From NCBI GenBank assembly GCA_003971905.1, contig RSEE01000020.1:372001-436000 (forward strand): DNA of 64,000 nucleotides, in the 5' to 3' direction. The notes under the pieces are model-generated. The model saw only the letters and a list, made by a program, of their open reading frames with translations, was not told the origin of the DNA and made no database searches. Made by a program: the position numbers and the translations under genes. Every line of letters begins with the position of its first letter. Positions within the stretch are counted from its first letter, which is position 1. Shown here in pieces: positions 1-11,635 of this stretch. This DNA comes from Moniliella sp. 'wahieum'. Lineage: Eukaryota.

Positions 1-1448
1 TTGCTTCCTCCAAGTCTGATGCCAGTCCCAGCCATGATGGCTCTAGTACGGGTGCGAGTGCAAGCGCGAGTGCAATCCCAAGTCCCAGCGCGAGCGACAA
101 CCCATCCAGCCTGCCTGTACCAAGCATCAGCTTACCCTCCAGCCTCCCGGTTTCGGACTCCCTCAGCAATTTCTTGCCCCCTCTGTCCAGCTCTCTTCTA
201 TTCTTGCCATCTCCTCCACGCTAACTTCAAGCGTGCTCCCGACCTCCAGTTCGTCATTGCTTGCCTCATCCAGCAGCATGCCCACCAGTTCCTCGCTTCC
301 TTTGAGTCTGACACCCTTTTCGTCCGACATTCCAAGTTCGCTTCCGTCGTCTGCCTCGTTGGTCTCCTTCTCGGCGCCCAGCATTCACACTGTCACGACA
401 GGTGCAGAGGCTTCATCTTCGTCGGCCTTGCCTTCCGCCACCTCTACCAACAATCATACGCCTTGGGTGTTGGGCCCATTGTCGGAATTGCCGTCGGTGG
501 GCAGTGGGGCTGGTTGCCGTGATTGCGATCCTAGCTTGTCTCCTGCGTCGGTCCAAGCGCGAACGGGATGCCAACAATCCCTTTGACAATCCCTTTGACA
601 AAGACCTTCTCCGTCGTCAGAGCGCACGCCTGCCCGACACTTTCCTCGATGACACGGATGCGTCGCCCGAGATGATGCAACACAACCTGCAAGACCCAGC
701 AGGCCGCACAGACGAGTACGGCCGTCAAGATGAGTACGGCCACATGGACGAGTACGGCCACCCAATCCAGGCGACCGAGCAGGGCTATGGAGGTTACCCG
801 CAGTACCCGCAGGCAGCCTATGGTTCCGACCTCGCTTCGGGCCCTGAAACGTTGGGTGCACACAATGTGAATATGGCGGATCCTTATGCCCATTTGGACC
901 GTGCCCGCGGGAACGACGCATACGACTCGAGTGGCGGCTACGACTATACCGGCCGCCGTGGCAACCAAGAGTACGGTTCAAATGCGGGTCAGGACTATGG
1001 GGCGCAGTACTCCAACGCCGACCATGGGTACGGGGCGTACGGTTCGAGTGCTGCCCTGGCCCCAGCTGCCACCTCGGGCAACCTCGCACGGAGCCGGTCA
1101 GATGCCTCCCAAAGTTCAGGCACCAAGCCCACCAACTCCTCTGAGCGCGACTCAGCTGCGTGGGACGGGATGATGACGGATGGTCCGATGCCCAACCCGT
1201 TTGATCGGTACGACGATGGTCCGCAACAACAGTCGTACGAGTACGACTACTCGTACAACCCGCATGCTACGTTCCCGCATGGGAATGCATTCGGACGATG
1301 CGTACGGACACTGATCGTCCCCACTCCCCTCCTTTCCTCTTGCCTTTGTTCCTCCTTTTTCATCCACTTGCCCCTCGCTATATCCTTTCCTCCTTTTTTC
1401 CATTTTGTTGCCTCCCACCAGCCTGCAGCTCGGATGCTCTGTCGCTAG
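1..1448 (+). CDS. Ser/Thr-rich single-pass membrane protein, Wsc/Mid2-like cell-wall sensor architecture (5' end outside window, frameshifted)
   Basis: Ser/Thr-rich tract (ORF 233-586), hydrophobic segment IVGIAVGG..AVGLVAVIAILACLL followed by basic RRSKR, then a Tyr/Gly-rich cytoplasmic tail with NPFD motifs (ORF 402-1448); probable intron near 1302-1430. Confidence 0.6.
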
Positions 1449-2340
1449 ATGATACCCCAACCTAGCGTCATTCCTCGTTCTTTAAATCCCTCCCCCTTCC
1501 CCGCCTTGCTCTTTCCACATACCTTTTCCATATTGATTTTTTTGTCTCAGACCCCCCCCCCCCCCCCACCCACCTTTCGGCCCGGGCTCTTCTCTGATTG
1601 ATGCTCCTATCCTTGGCTGCTGGTGGCCGTTGCTCACGTCGCGCCTCCTCGTTGCCTTGCGCTTTTTGTGAGGGAGGGGTGGAGCCCCGGTTCCGCCCCT
1701 CTCCCGTCCTCCGTTTCTTGGATCGCATTCACCCACCTCTCCATCCGGTCATGGCTCGTGGGTTCCTGCCGATTTCTTGTTCTTCCCTGCCGACCTACTA
1801 TTGCGTGTTGGCTTGGTAACATATAAAAACCCCTTGAAAAGGTACACGTCACGCCAGCGCCCTTGCCTGTAGTGATGATGGGAAGGGCAGGACAACCAAG
1901 CCATGGGTGCTGCTCGCATGGTGGAGGGACTCCGATTCGGGTGTAGCCAGATAGGCCTGTCCTGGGAGGGGTAGCACAGAACTGCCGCCTGTATAACGAC
2001 TGCGGATGGGGGTATGGATGCAGTCTGGTTGGGGAGCCAAATGGACAGAAGGCATGCATCTGCTCCAGGGCGGACGCGTGACGCTTGAGGCCCGAAGCGC
2101 CATACAAGTTTCAAAACATGCCCCGGCCACTTCGCGCCTCGCATAAGAGCTCGCCCCCCACGTCGGTGCAAAAATCCGCGACCCGTTGAGCATTCCGCCC
2201 ATCGCTGGTTCCGCCATTTTTTTTCGGGCGGCTCACGACAAAGCAGCCCAAACGGGGCCAGAGGCGAAAGCCCCGCTGCTGTGCCTGTCCACCTCGGGCT
2301 CCCCGCCACCACCTCTTCTGCGCTGGCACTGGCACACACC

Positions 2341-4875
2341 ATGTCCGAACCTACGAGGGTGTACCTCGTATCCAACGCTGGTGGTACCGGTGGCGCCACC
2401 GGCGGCGACAATACCGGCTCGTCTTCGTTGGCGGATCTGCTGCACCAGCGACCATCGAATGCGCGGCGCAAAAGTCGGCCAGGGCAACGAAGCAAGATGA
2501 GCAGATTGCTCGATCCAGTTGTTGCAGGACTTTGAGTTCCCCGAGGCAAGTCACAAGGTCACTTCCACCCACGACGGCCAGCACATTGTCGCTACCGGCA
2601 CGTACAAGCCCCAGATCCGCGTATGGGAGTGCGACCAACTCAGCCTCAAGTTTGAGCGGCACACGGATTATGAGAATGTTGATTTCTTGGTATGTCTCTC
2701 CTCTCCTCCTCTTCTCTTTCCTTTCCTTTTCTTTGTTTCTCCACCCCTATGTCGATTCCCCGATCCTCATTCCCGTTTTGGTTTGGTTTGGTTTTGGCTA
2801 ACACTGGGTATGCAGATGTTGTCGGACGACTGGACGAAGCAGCTTCATCTCCAATCCGACCGGCACATTGAACTCCATTCCCAGGGGGGCACCAAGCGCG
2901 AGTCCGCATTCCCACCTTTGGCCGTGCGCTGGGCTACCACTTTCCCTCGGCCGACGCGCTGATTGGCGCAACGGGCAACGAAGTGTACCGACTTAACCTG
3001 GACCAAGGCCGATTCTTGGCGCCGTTGGTGCTAGAAGGCAGTGGGCGTGCCAGCGGAGCCGAGTCCGAGGTGATGGGGGTCAACAGTGTCGATGTCAATC
3101 CGGCCCATGGCTTGGTTTCCTTGGGAACGGAGAGTACGACGGGGATTGTGGAGATGTGGGATCCCCGGGCGCGCAGGCGAGCGGGCGCTTGAGCGCCGCA
3201 ACGCGGACGTGCTAGAAGCTGCGTGGTACCAGGCCAAGTCGCGTGCGCTGCCTGGTGTGATGGAGGATACCGAGATGCCCACCCAAGCGGGTAGCAACAC
3301 CATCCCTTGGCCATCACCGCACTGAAGAGTGCGCAGGACGGATTGAACTTGGCCGTGGGCACATCGACGGGCCATACGTTGTTGTATGATTTACGAATGG
3401 GACGGGCGTACGCAACCAAAGACCAAGGGTTTGGCATGCCCATTCATTCCCTCTCCTGGCCCGGCGACCAGGCGGTCAAGTCTTTCTACTCGGGCGGTCG
3501 CTCGTTGGCCGACATGGTTCGTGGCGAACAGGCAGAAGGAACGGTGCTCAGTGCGGACGCCAAGGGGATCAAAGTATGGAAGAAGGAGAGTCCAGGGGAA
3601 AATGTGGTAACCGTTACGCCACCAGTGGGGGCCAACGGAACGTCGTGCGACCTGAACCATGTGCACCACATTCCCGGATCGGGCTTGATCTTAGCTGCGG
3701 TCGAGGCTACGCAGATGGCCGCTTGGTATGTGCCTGCATTGGGCCCCGCCCCGAAGTGGTGCAGCTTCCTCGACACGTTGACCGACGAAATGGACCATGA
3801 GGAAGTGGCGGGCAACCGTCGTGGTGTGTATGAGAACTTTAAGTTTGTCGATCGGCGGAGCTGGAGCGTCTCGGTATGGACGGCTTGATCGGTACCGACC
3901 TACTGCGGCCGTACATGCACGGCTACTTTGTTACCTTGGGCTTGTACGAAAAGGCCAAGCTGATTGCCAACCCAACCGCCTACGACGATGCGCGCGAACG
4001 TGCGGTCAAGGCGCGCTTGGACAAGCAATCCCAATCCCGCATCCGCCAAAACCCTCAGCCCGAAACCAAAGCGCAAGTCAAGGTCAACCAATTGCTTGCC
4101 GACAAGGTCCAGGCCAAACAGTCCCGCAAGGACCCGCCGCACCTACCCTCTTGGCCGACGACCGATTCAAAGACTTGTTCTCCAACCCTGCGTTTGAGAT
4201 TGATCAATCCAGTCGCGAATTCCAGCTGCGCAACCCGGGTGCGGTGCCGCAAGCGGCACCCAGCACGACACGAGAACCGTTGGTACGGCGCGACCCTTCG
4301 ACGCGCACCAGGACAGCGGTCGAGGAAGAGGCTATGTCCTCGTCCGAATCGGAGGACGAGGATGCATTTGCGTTTGCTCATCGGCCCGAAGTGCCCTCCG
4401 AGGGGGAGGAGATGGAGAGGACGGATCGGGGTGCCCAGCTGCGCGATTCGGACGAGGAAGGGGATGCGTTCAGCCAGGGTGGCAGCCGCAAGAAGACGTT
4501 CCAAGAACGGATGCGGGCGCGGCAGACGTCCCAGGCCGACTCGTCTACCTTTTGGCGTGCGTCCGAGGCGGAAGGGATGGAGTGGGAAACGGGCGAGGAA
4601 GGCAAGGAGGTGTCCTGGACGCCTGTGGGGAGGCGGCAGAGGACGAGTACGACTCGGACGAGAAGGCGTCCAAGAAGAACAAGAAGAAGAAGGCCGGCGC
4701 CGAGGACAAGGGCGAGAAGAAGATCAAGGAAAAAACATTTGGTGCAGGCCTTTCCAAGGGCGCCGGCGCCGAGGAAGGAGTGGGCCTCGAAGGCCTCACC
4801 CACGACGACCGGTTTGGTCGCTCGCGCCGCCGCAGCACGGCCCGCAGTGCCAGCAAGAATGCCATGCGCGGTTGA
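2341..4875 (+). CDS. ENP2: Ribosome biogenesis protein Enp2/NOL10 (WD40 repeats plus NUC153 domain)
   Basis: LQDFEFPEASHKV, ATGTYKPQIRVW, LSLKFERHTD, YRLNLDQGRFL, LGPAPKWCSFLDTLTDEM, LRPYMHGYF, DDRFKDLFSNPAFEID, RSASKNAMRG*; intron ~2690-2815; several frameshifts. Confidence 0.93.
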
Positions 4876-5490
4876 ATGGCGTGCCGATTCGAAAATGCCA
4901 TTTAACTCTTGACCAACATGCTCATGTAGAAGAAACATCATGTACATCCTACATGCTGGACCGCACGCGGAGAGGGGAGAGAGTAGGGAAGACAGGAAAG
5001 GGACAGGCACCACCTCGCGTACGATGATGGTCGGACCGAGAGTCTATGGTGGAGGCCAGTACAAAATGCAGTGACTTACATGCCTGTACATTACTTTGGG
5101 GGTTACTGGTCGGTCACTGGTCACCGGTCACTGGCCACTGGCCACTTGATCTTGATCGGTTAAAGACGCTACGCCAAGCTGCCTATGCTTGGCTCGGCAG
5201 CCCAGGGGCACGAGAAAGAATGAACAAGAGACTTGTTATACGAGATCCAACAGGGGAAGCAAGGGGGTAGGGGGGGGGGGGGGGGGCAAGAGAAGAACGG
5301 GGGGACGGATTTAGGCAGAAAAAGAACCAGAGACAGTGTAAGTTGGGTGGGGTGTTAAGTGTTAAAGTGGTTGCAGTTGGTTGGTCGTACACGTGCGGTG
5401 GTACACTTGCTTGTTGGGGAGAGAAAAAAAAACGAGGCGATTTTTGGGGAAAAGAAAGGAGTTGAACTCAACAGTCAATATCAGTTCAGT

Positions 5491-8400
5491 TCAGGCGAAC
5501 TTAGTACTTAAACCTGAACCGCGGGCGCCGGGATGGGACGAGAAGCTAGTACTCGGCGCCAAAGCGGGGCGGGAAGCCAGCGCCTTGCACGCCCACAGCA
5601 GGGTAACGCGCCATCTCCCCAAATCCGTACGCCGCCGGCGCCATGTGAGCTGGCGGGGGCAAACGGGTGAGGAGGCGGAACGGGAGCCTGGTGCGGCGTA
5701 CCGGTAGCGCTCATCGGCATACCCGCCGTAGGCGGCATCATGCCCCCCCGACCCGCCGCGACTGCAGCGGCCGTCACGGCGGCCGGAGCAGCGCCGGCGG
5801 GAACACCAGGGTACATGCCCATCATGCCCGGCATCGCGGGAGCCATGCCACCCATGAAAGCAGCTTGGTCGTACTCCGGCCGACCGAGGGCCATCTGGTG
5901 CATGGGCGCGGCGGGGTACATGGCGTACCCCCCGCCCATGTGAGGCGGACGCACAGGTACCGGTCCGCCAGGCGCACCGTGGCCGTGGCCACCGTGCCGA
6001 CCATGGTGTCCGTGTGGCCGTGGCCATGGTGCTGCGGCGGGTGAGCACGCGTAGAACCGTGGAGGTCGTACGACTCGCGCTGGAGCTTGGACTGAATGCG
6101 CTTGCCGTACGGCGTGTTGCGGATGACGGGCAAGATGGGGCGAATGCATTCGACCAGTTGCATCCGCTGCAGCGGCTCCGAGTAGTCCAGCGCCGTCTGC
6201 ACCACTAGTTGGCAAAGCTGTCCCGCAGCAACTTTTCCAGTCGCGAGCGGTCCAGCAGCTCGTCAATCAGTTGCTTGCGCGTCTCGTGCTCCGACACGCG
6301 AATGCACTTCTCCATCACGTTCGAGCTGAACTTTTGCACAGACAGCGCACACACGTTGCCAATGAACTGAGAAATGACCGCCTCGGAGCAACGCGGGTCG
6401 TTGAGGTCCAACACGTACTGCACCACGTAGTTGCCAAACGGATCCTGGACCAGCGTCAGCGCATCGTACGTGATCTCGGTGACCAACTGCATCCGCTGCG
6501 CGTCCGACGCATGGTCAATGCAGCGCTGCAGGACACAGCAACCGTGACGGTGGGTAGCCACCTCGACGGTATGGGCAGCGACAGCATTGTAGATGAACTG
6601 GTTATCCTCCGACCCCAAGCGGTTGAGGCACTTTTGAATAACATGGTTGCCATTCAAGTCCTTGATCAGCGTTACCACGTTCATCGACAGCGCCACGATG
6701 ATCGAGTGAATCTGCCGCGGGGTCGAGAGGAATCAATCGTCTTTTGCACGGCCCGGGTGCCGTGCATGTTGAGCGAGATGCGCACCAGCTCGCCCGCGAC
6801 CGATTCAACAATCAAATTGCGCTGCTCGTCCGAGCAGTACTCCAGCATCTTCTGGCACAGGTAGTTGCCAAACGGATCCGTCATCAGCTCGGCAAAGTGC
6901 GGGAACGTCTCGGCAAAGATCATGTCGCGGTGGGCCAGGTTGCCGTCCTCCAGCTTCTTTTGCAGGTACCGGCATCCGTGCTGGTCCTTGCACAGGGCAA
7001 AGATTTCCCCCTGCAAGTCCTCCAGCTTGGTATTGGCATCCAGCTCGCCCTTGCGCGACTGCTTGAGCCCAGCCGCAGCGGCGGCGGCCGCCGCCGCAGC
7101 AGCCGTCGAAGCAGGCGGCAACGTATTCGTCTCTTGACCCAGAACCGAAGAGAACTTGCCCTGATGAGCAAGGAGCGTCGAGGCGGGCGAGCCGGCATTA
7201 GGCGTAAATGCATCAAAGTAGCTCGAGCTAGGTCGCATGCCCATCTCCGACGTGCGACCGGACGGTCCATTCCCACCGTTCGCACTGGCCGGCGGCGCAC
7301 CTGTCGGACGCCGCACCAGGTGTGTCGAAGCCAGTGTAAACGCCAAACCCGCCCGCCGGGCCGGCCGACTGATTGCCCCCGTACAGTCCGGAAAAGCCAG
7401 CTTGGTCAAACCGGCCCGCATTCGAGCCAACCGACGTGCGCGGTTCCGTCGGCGTGCCACGCCCTGACGCAGGCGACAGGTCCCCCCTGACCCGACTGAG
7501 ACGGGGTACCCGTGGGCGCGCTGAGGATGCCCGAGGGACCCGTGGGCCCCGCCACATGCGGTGAACCGGGCGCAAGACGGTCGAGGCGGTCCGCGTGGTC
7601 ACGCATGACGAGCATCGGCCACTCGGACGTTTGGCCACGTGCCGCCTTATTCAACGAGCCCGTCGAGTCGGTCTGCGTCAGCGGGGCCAAGTCGAGCGCA
7701 GCGTTGGCAGACAGACCCATGGGGAAACTGTCACGCCGCCCGGGGACGGGGTCAAACTTGTCGTCGTCTTCGAGGTGGTACTTCTTGACAAAAGCCGACT
7801 CGGCATCCAGCTCATCGTCCAACAAGTACGTTTCGTTGAAGACCGAGGGCAACGTCGCCCCGCCTTCGGGCGCATGCCCAGACGGAGGAGCGTCACGCTT
7901 GCCCACCACGGGGGACGAGGCGCGCGACGTGTTGTTCAACACCGTTGCCCCGGAGCCCAAGCTGGACCGACCAATCGCACCGGGAGAGGCAGAGCGGCCG
8001 TCCGAGTTGTCCAACTGAGGCGGAACTGTTGCGGAGTAGGACGGGTGCCCGGCGTACCAGGGGGATGGGTAGGCGAAGAAGGGCCAACGTTGAGTCTGTC
8101 AAAGGCATACACCAAATCGGCCCGGCTGCGAGGCGCGCGGCCCTTGACCACAGTCGCTCCCAGCGCAGCAGGGCTCAGATGGCCACTCGCTGCGCCCGTC
8201 CGATTTTCGTCGCCGCTCTGGCGGCGCGAGTGGGGCATGGACCGAAGACCGGGCACGTTGCTCCCGTGCAAGCCCTCCTCGGGGTCGTCGGCAAAGAAGG
8301 GCAGCTTGCCGGGACCTTGGGGAGACAGTGCGAGAGCCCGGGGTGCGCAGGCTCGAGGCGCGCGAGGTGGACTGCGCACGGAGCGCATTCTGTTCCTCTT

Positions 8401-8861
8401 GCTGCTTGCGCTCGAGCTGGGCCATGTGCTGCTCAAAGAACTGGCGGTGGATCTCTTTCTGGCGAGCATGCTCCAATTTCTGTGGAGGGAGATGGTGGGA
8501 GTCAGTAGCAGGACCGACGAATAGAGGCACCGCAGGGGTGGCGGCGCCCGAATGGACGGGGGGGGGGGGCAACGTACCAGAGCGATTTCGTCGTCCGAAA
8601 GGCCCATGCTCTTGTGTGCCGACCGGTCCGGCTGCTCGGCAGGGAGGGAGGCGGCCGAGTCGGCCAGGCTGGCGGCGGGTGCCGAGGAGGCAGGCAGGGC
8701 AGAAAGCGCGCGGGCATAGTCGCTGGAGGCGGGGGAGCCGGAGAAGGCCGGAAGGATGGCAGGCACGGCCGAGGCAGGGGCGTGGTGATGGGGGCGGTGG
8801 GGGCGGTGGCAGAGGCGTTGGCGGAGAAGGGGGAGGCGGTGCCGGCGTCGCTGGTGCTCAT
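5491..8861 (-). CDS. Pumilio (PUF) RNA-binding protein, Puf4/Mpt5 type
   Basis: PUF repeats LCKDQHGCRYLQKKL, MTDPFGNYLCQKM, NMHGTRAVQK, DLNGNHVIQKCL, THRHGCCVLQRC, QDPFGNYVVQY, QKFSSNVMEKC, IRNTPYGKRIQSKL; long low-complexity N-terminus; intron ~8576-8480; C-terminal limit approximate. Confidence 0.9.
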
Positions 8862-9399
8862 GGCGAGGAGGGGTACAACACGCGGGATGGGTAGTGTACA
8901 GCGGCTGCGGCGCTACTCGATACAGCAGGGGGCGGAGGGTAGGTAGAGTACAGAGCGCACCGGCTACAGCCACGGTGCATGAAAGGGGGGGGGGAGGGGG
9001 GAGGAGAGGAGGTGGAGGTGGTGGGGGGGGAAGAAGAGGTGGCGCGGTGGGGCAGGCGGGCAGGGGTGGGTGGTGGGTGGGTGGGGGTGGAGGGGCCGAG
9101 TGCTGGCTGCTGCCGGGCGGGCGGACACGCGCGTGGCGCCCAGCAAAAATTCGTTCCTGCCGCCTCTCTGCGCTTCCGCCCGCCGCCCGGCTCCGCGCCA
9201 GTCTCCCGCCCGCCGCGCTAGGGTTGCCACCACCCACCGGCCTCCTGTCGGCCCAGGCGTCGTATAACTGGCAGCGGTCCAGCCCCTCGCTCAGTCCTCA
9301 CGGGACACGGAAGCTACCTGGCAACTACTGGCAAGTGACAACTGGCAAGCGGCAACGGCAGCCGCTGCCCATCTATTCATTCCCCTCGGCATCACTGCC

Positions 9400-10211
9400 G
9401 CCTTCGCGGCACCCCCCGGCGCATACGGCGTAAAGCCCTGCCCCTGCGCTTCCGACAGCACTTCCGTGTGCAGAGGCAGCACCGGCGGGAACCACAGCGG
9501 CAGGTCCGGTGGTCCACCAGCTCGTTGTCTGCATACCATCCCAGCCGTCAGCACATATCTCCGCTCGCAAGAACACACAAGCCGCACACAGCCGTAGGAC
9601 GTACCCGTGTTCGGGTGGATCAGAAACGAGAGTGGCCTGGAGGCACAGAACCATGTCAGTCGCCAAGGGTCTCCCCCCAAGAATGCTAATCATTTCACTG
9701 GAATAAAATTCAAAACCAAATGCACGTACCCACGATGGATGGTGAGGAACGCCCCAGAGCGCCCAGCTCTTGGGGGTGAACACGTTGACCTCAAACATGC
9801 CCTTCTGGTGCGGGCCAATGGGCCGGTGCCAAAAGCGATACACACGCAGGCTGGGAAACTCCTTGCGGATGCGCTCCCGCAGCGCAGCGCCACCGCCCAT
9901 TGCGCGTCGGCGGGCAGCTGGTCGTACGGCTGCCCTCGTCAAACGGAGTAAAGTAGATGTGGAGGTCGTAGCCGTTGCGCAACGAATCAAAGGGGGGCTG
10001 GAAGGAATCATACCAGTCACTGTGGTCCTTGCTCTTGTTTCCCTTGGCCGGGGTAAAGGTGGTGGGATTGAGCACGCTGCGGCCATCAGCACTCTTCACC
10101 TCGGGCAGCGGCTGGCTGTTGGGCTCGTCGAGCGCAGCGAGGAGCGGGTGGGAGCGGGGCGCAATCGGGGCTGCAGCGCCTCGTCTTGGCGGGGAACGGG
10201 GTTGGGGCCAT
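9400..10211 (-). CDS. DOPA 4,5-dioxygenase family protein
   Basis: GYDLHIYF, LRERIRKEFPSLRVYRFWHRPIGPHQKGMFEVNVFTP, LSFLIHPNTG; ATG at 10211; two probable introns; 3' limit approximate. Confidence 0.85.
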
Positions 10212-11635
10212 GGCGAGGGTGGTGGGGGGGAGGAGGGAGGGGCTGGTGGAGACGAGGGAAGAAAGGGTATGTATTTGGTCGGGGGAAGCACATGGTGCAG
10301 ACCCAAGTTGGGTACGATGCACATGGCAGGCCAGCCACGGAGTGCAGCCGCTTGGGACCCACAGCCGATGGCATCTCGCCGCACCCGGCCCGGCCCAGAC
10401 GGACGCATGTCGAACGGATGGCGCCAGCCAATCGCGTATCGCCGGCAGGCTGCCAAAGCGCGAAAGTGCCGTCAGCGCCGCCAGCGGTTAAGTCCGGACG
10501 ACCGGTGCAAAACGCTCCGGAAGACGCGGGGTCGGAGCCGGGAGCATGTAAGACAGGTGACGTCATCTCACCAGTGGGCTGAGCGCTCGCTGAGCTCAGC
10601 GCGCTTTGCTCAGCCGCTGAGTCAGCAACGAGGTTTACCATCCGATGCTCGATGGCAGATCACATGATCTGTCACATGATGTGTGGGGTGCTCGGCGCCT
10701 GCGCGCGGGGGGTTGAATTTGAAACGTGGCCCGGGAGCGCCCGGGAAAAGGCAGTGCCTGCCAGTGCGTGCTAGGCTAGCGCCGGTTAGTGCCGCGCTCT
10801 GGGCGCCACCGCTCTTCTCTCACTCGCGCACCAGGCGGCACTCCGAGTTGGACAATGTCTCGAGACGGCGGCTCTAGATTGCCCGTCCACACCTGCCCGC
10901 GTCAACGCTCAAGAGCTGCCAGATCGCAGGACCACTTGCCGTGGCGTTGGTTGACATGGGCGGCATTCCCGGTGTTGGCCATCTGCCTGCTGCTACCGGT
11001 GGGCGTCGCACGTTGTCCCCCTCCCCTTACACATTCCATCTCATATGGCGCGACTCCTGACCTGTGACCAGCACATGCTATGAAAACACTATCTAAACAA
11101 CAGAATTATGGACTCTCCCTGACGTAGTAGGCGTGCCGTCCCCCATTCAGGACTTGTACGCATTTCTTGTCCAGAGGTATGGGGTGATGCTCGAGAACGA
11201 GATGAGCAATAATTAATAATTGTTAAAAACTCATCGGATCACGCGCGAATGAAGCAGAAGCTTCAAGCTCTTGTTGCCACATGGCATGAACTACTACTGG
11301 GCACACACCTTGAAAACAGCTTTTGAAGAAGTGCTCTCAGTGAGCATCCCGACCCGAATTCTTGACATATACGTATACCACCGCAACTCGCACTGTAAAT
11401 CCAAAGGGAGAGGGCACTGTAATAAAGGAACGAAGAGGCCCATTTTGTTCCTCGAATGACAAAATGTTCAACGTACATTCAACGTTCAGCCAGAACGCTC
11501 AGCCGGTGAGGCTCGGCGTTCAACGTACGCTCAACTACCCAATTAAAGTGAAGATCGTGGTGCCTGCGGCCGCCGCACCAATGAACAGAGGGGACAGCCA
11601 AACCCCCCTGCACACCTACGCCACGCTTACTCCAA

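Noticed and set aside
11070..11540. Lower-GC patch with short ORFs and TTCAACGT repeats as a TE fragment
   Set aside because: No recognisable domain or termini; cannot be supported without a database search.
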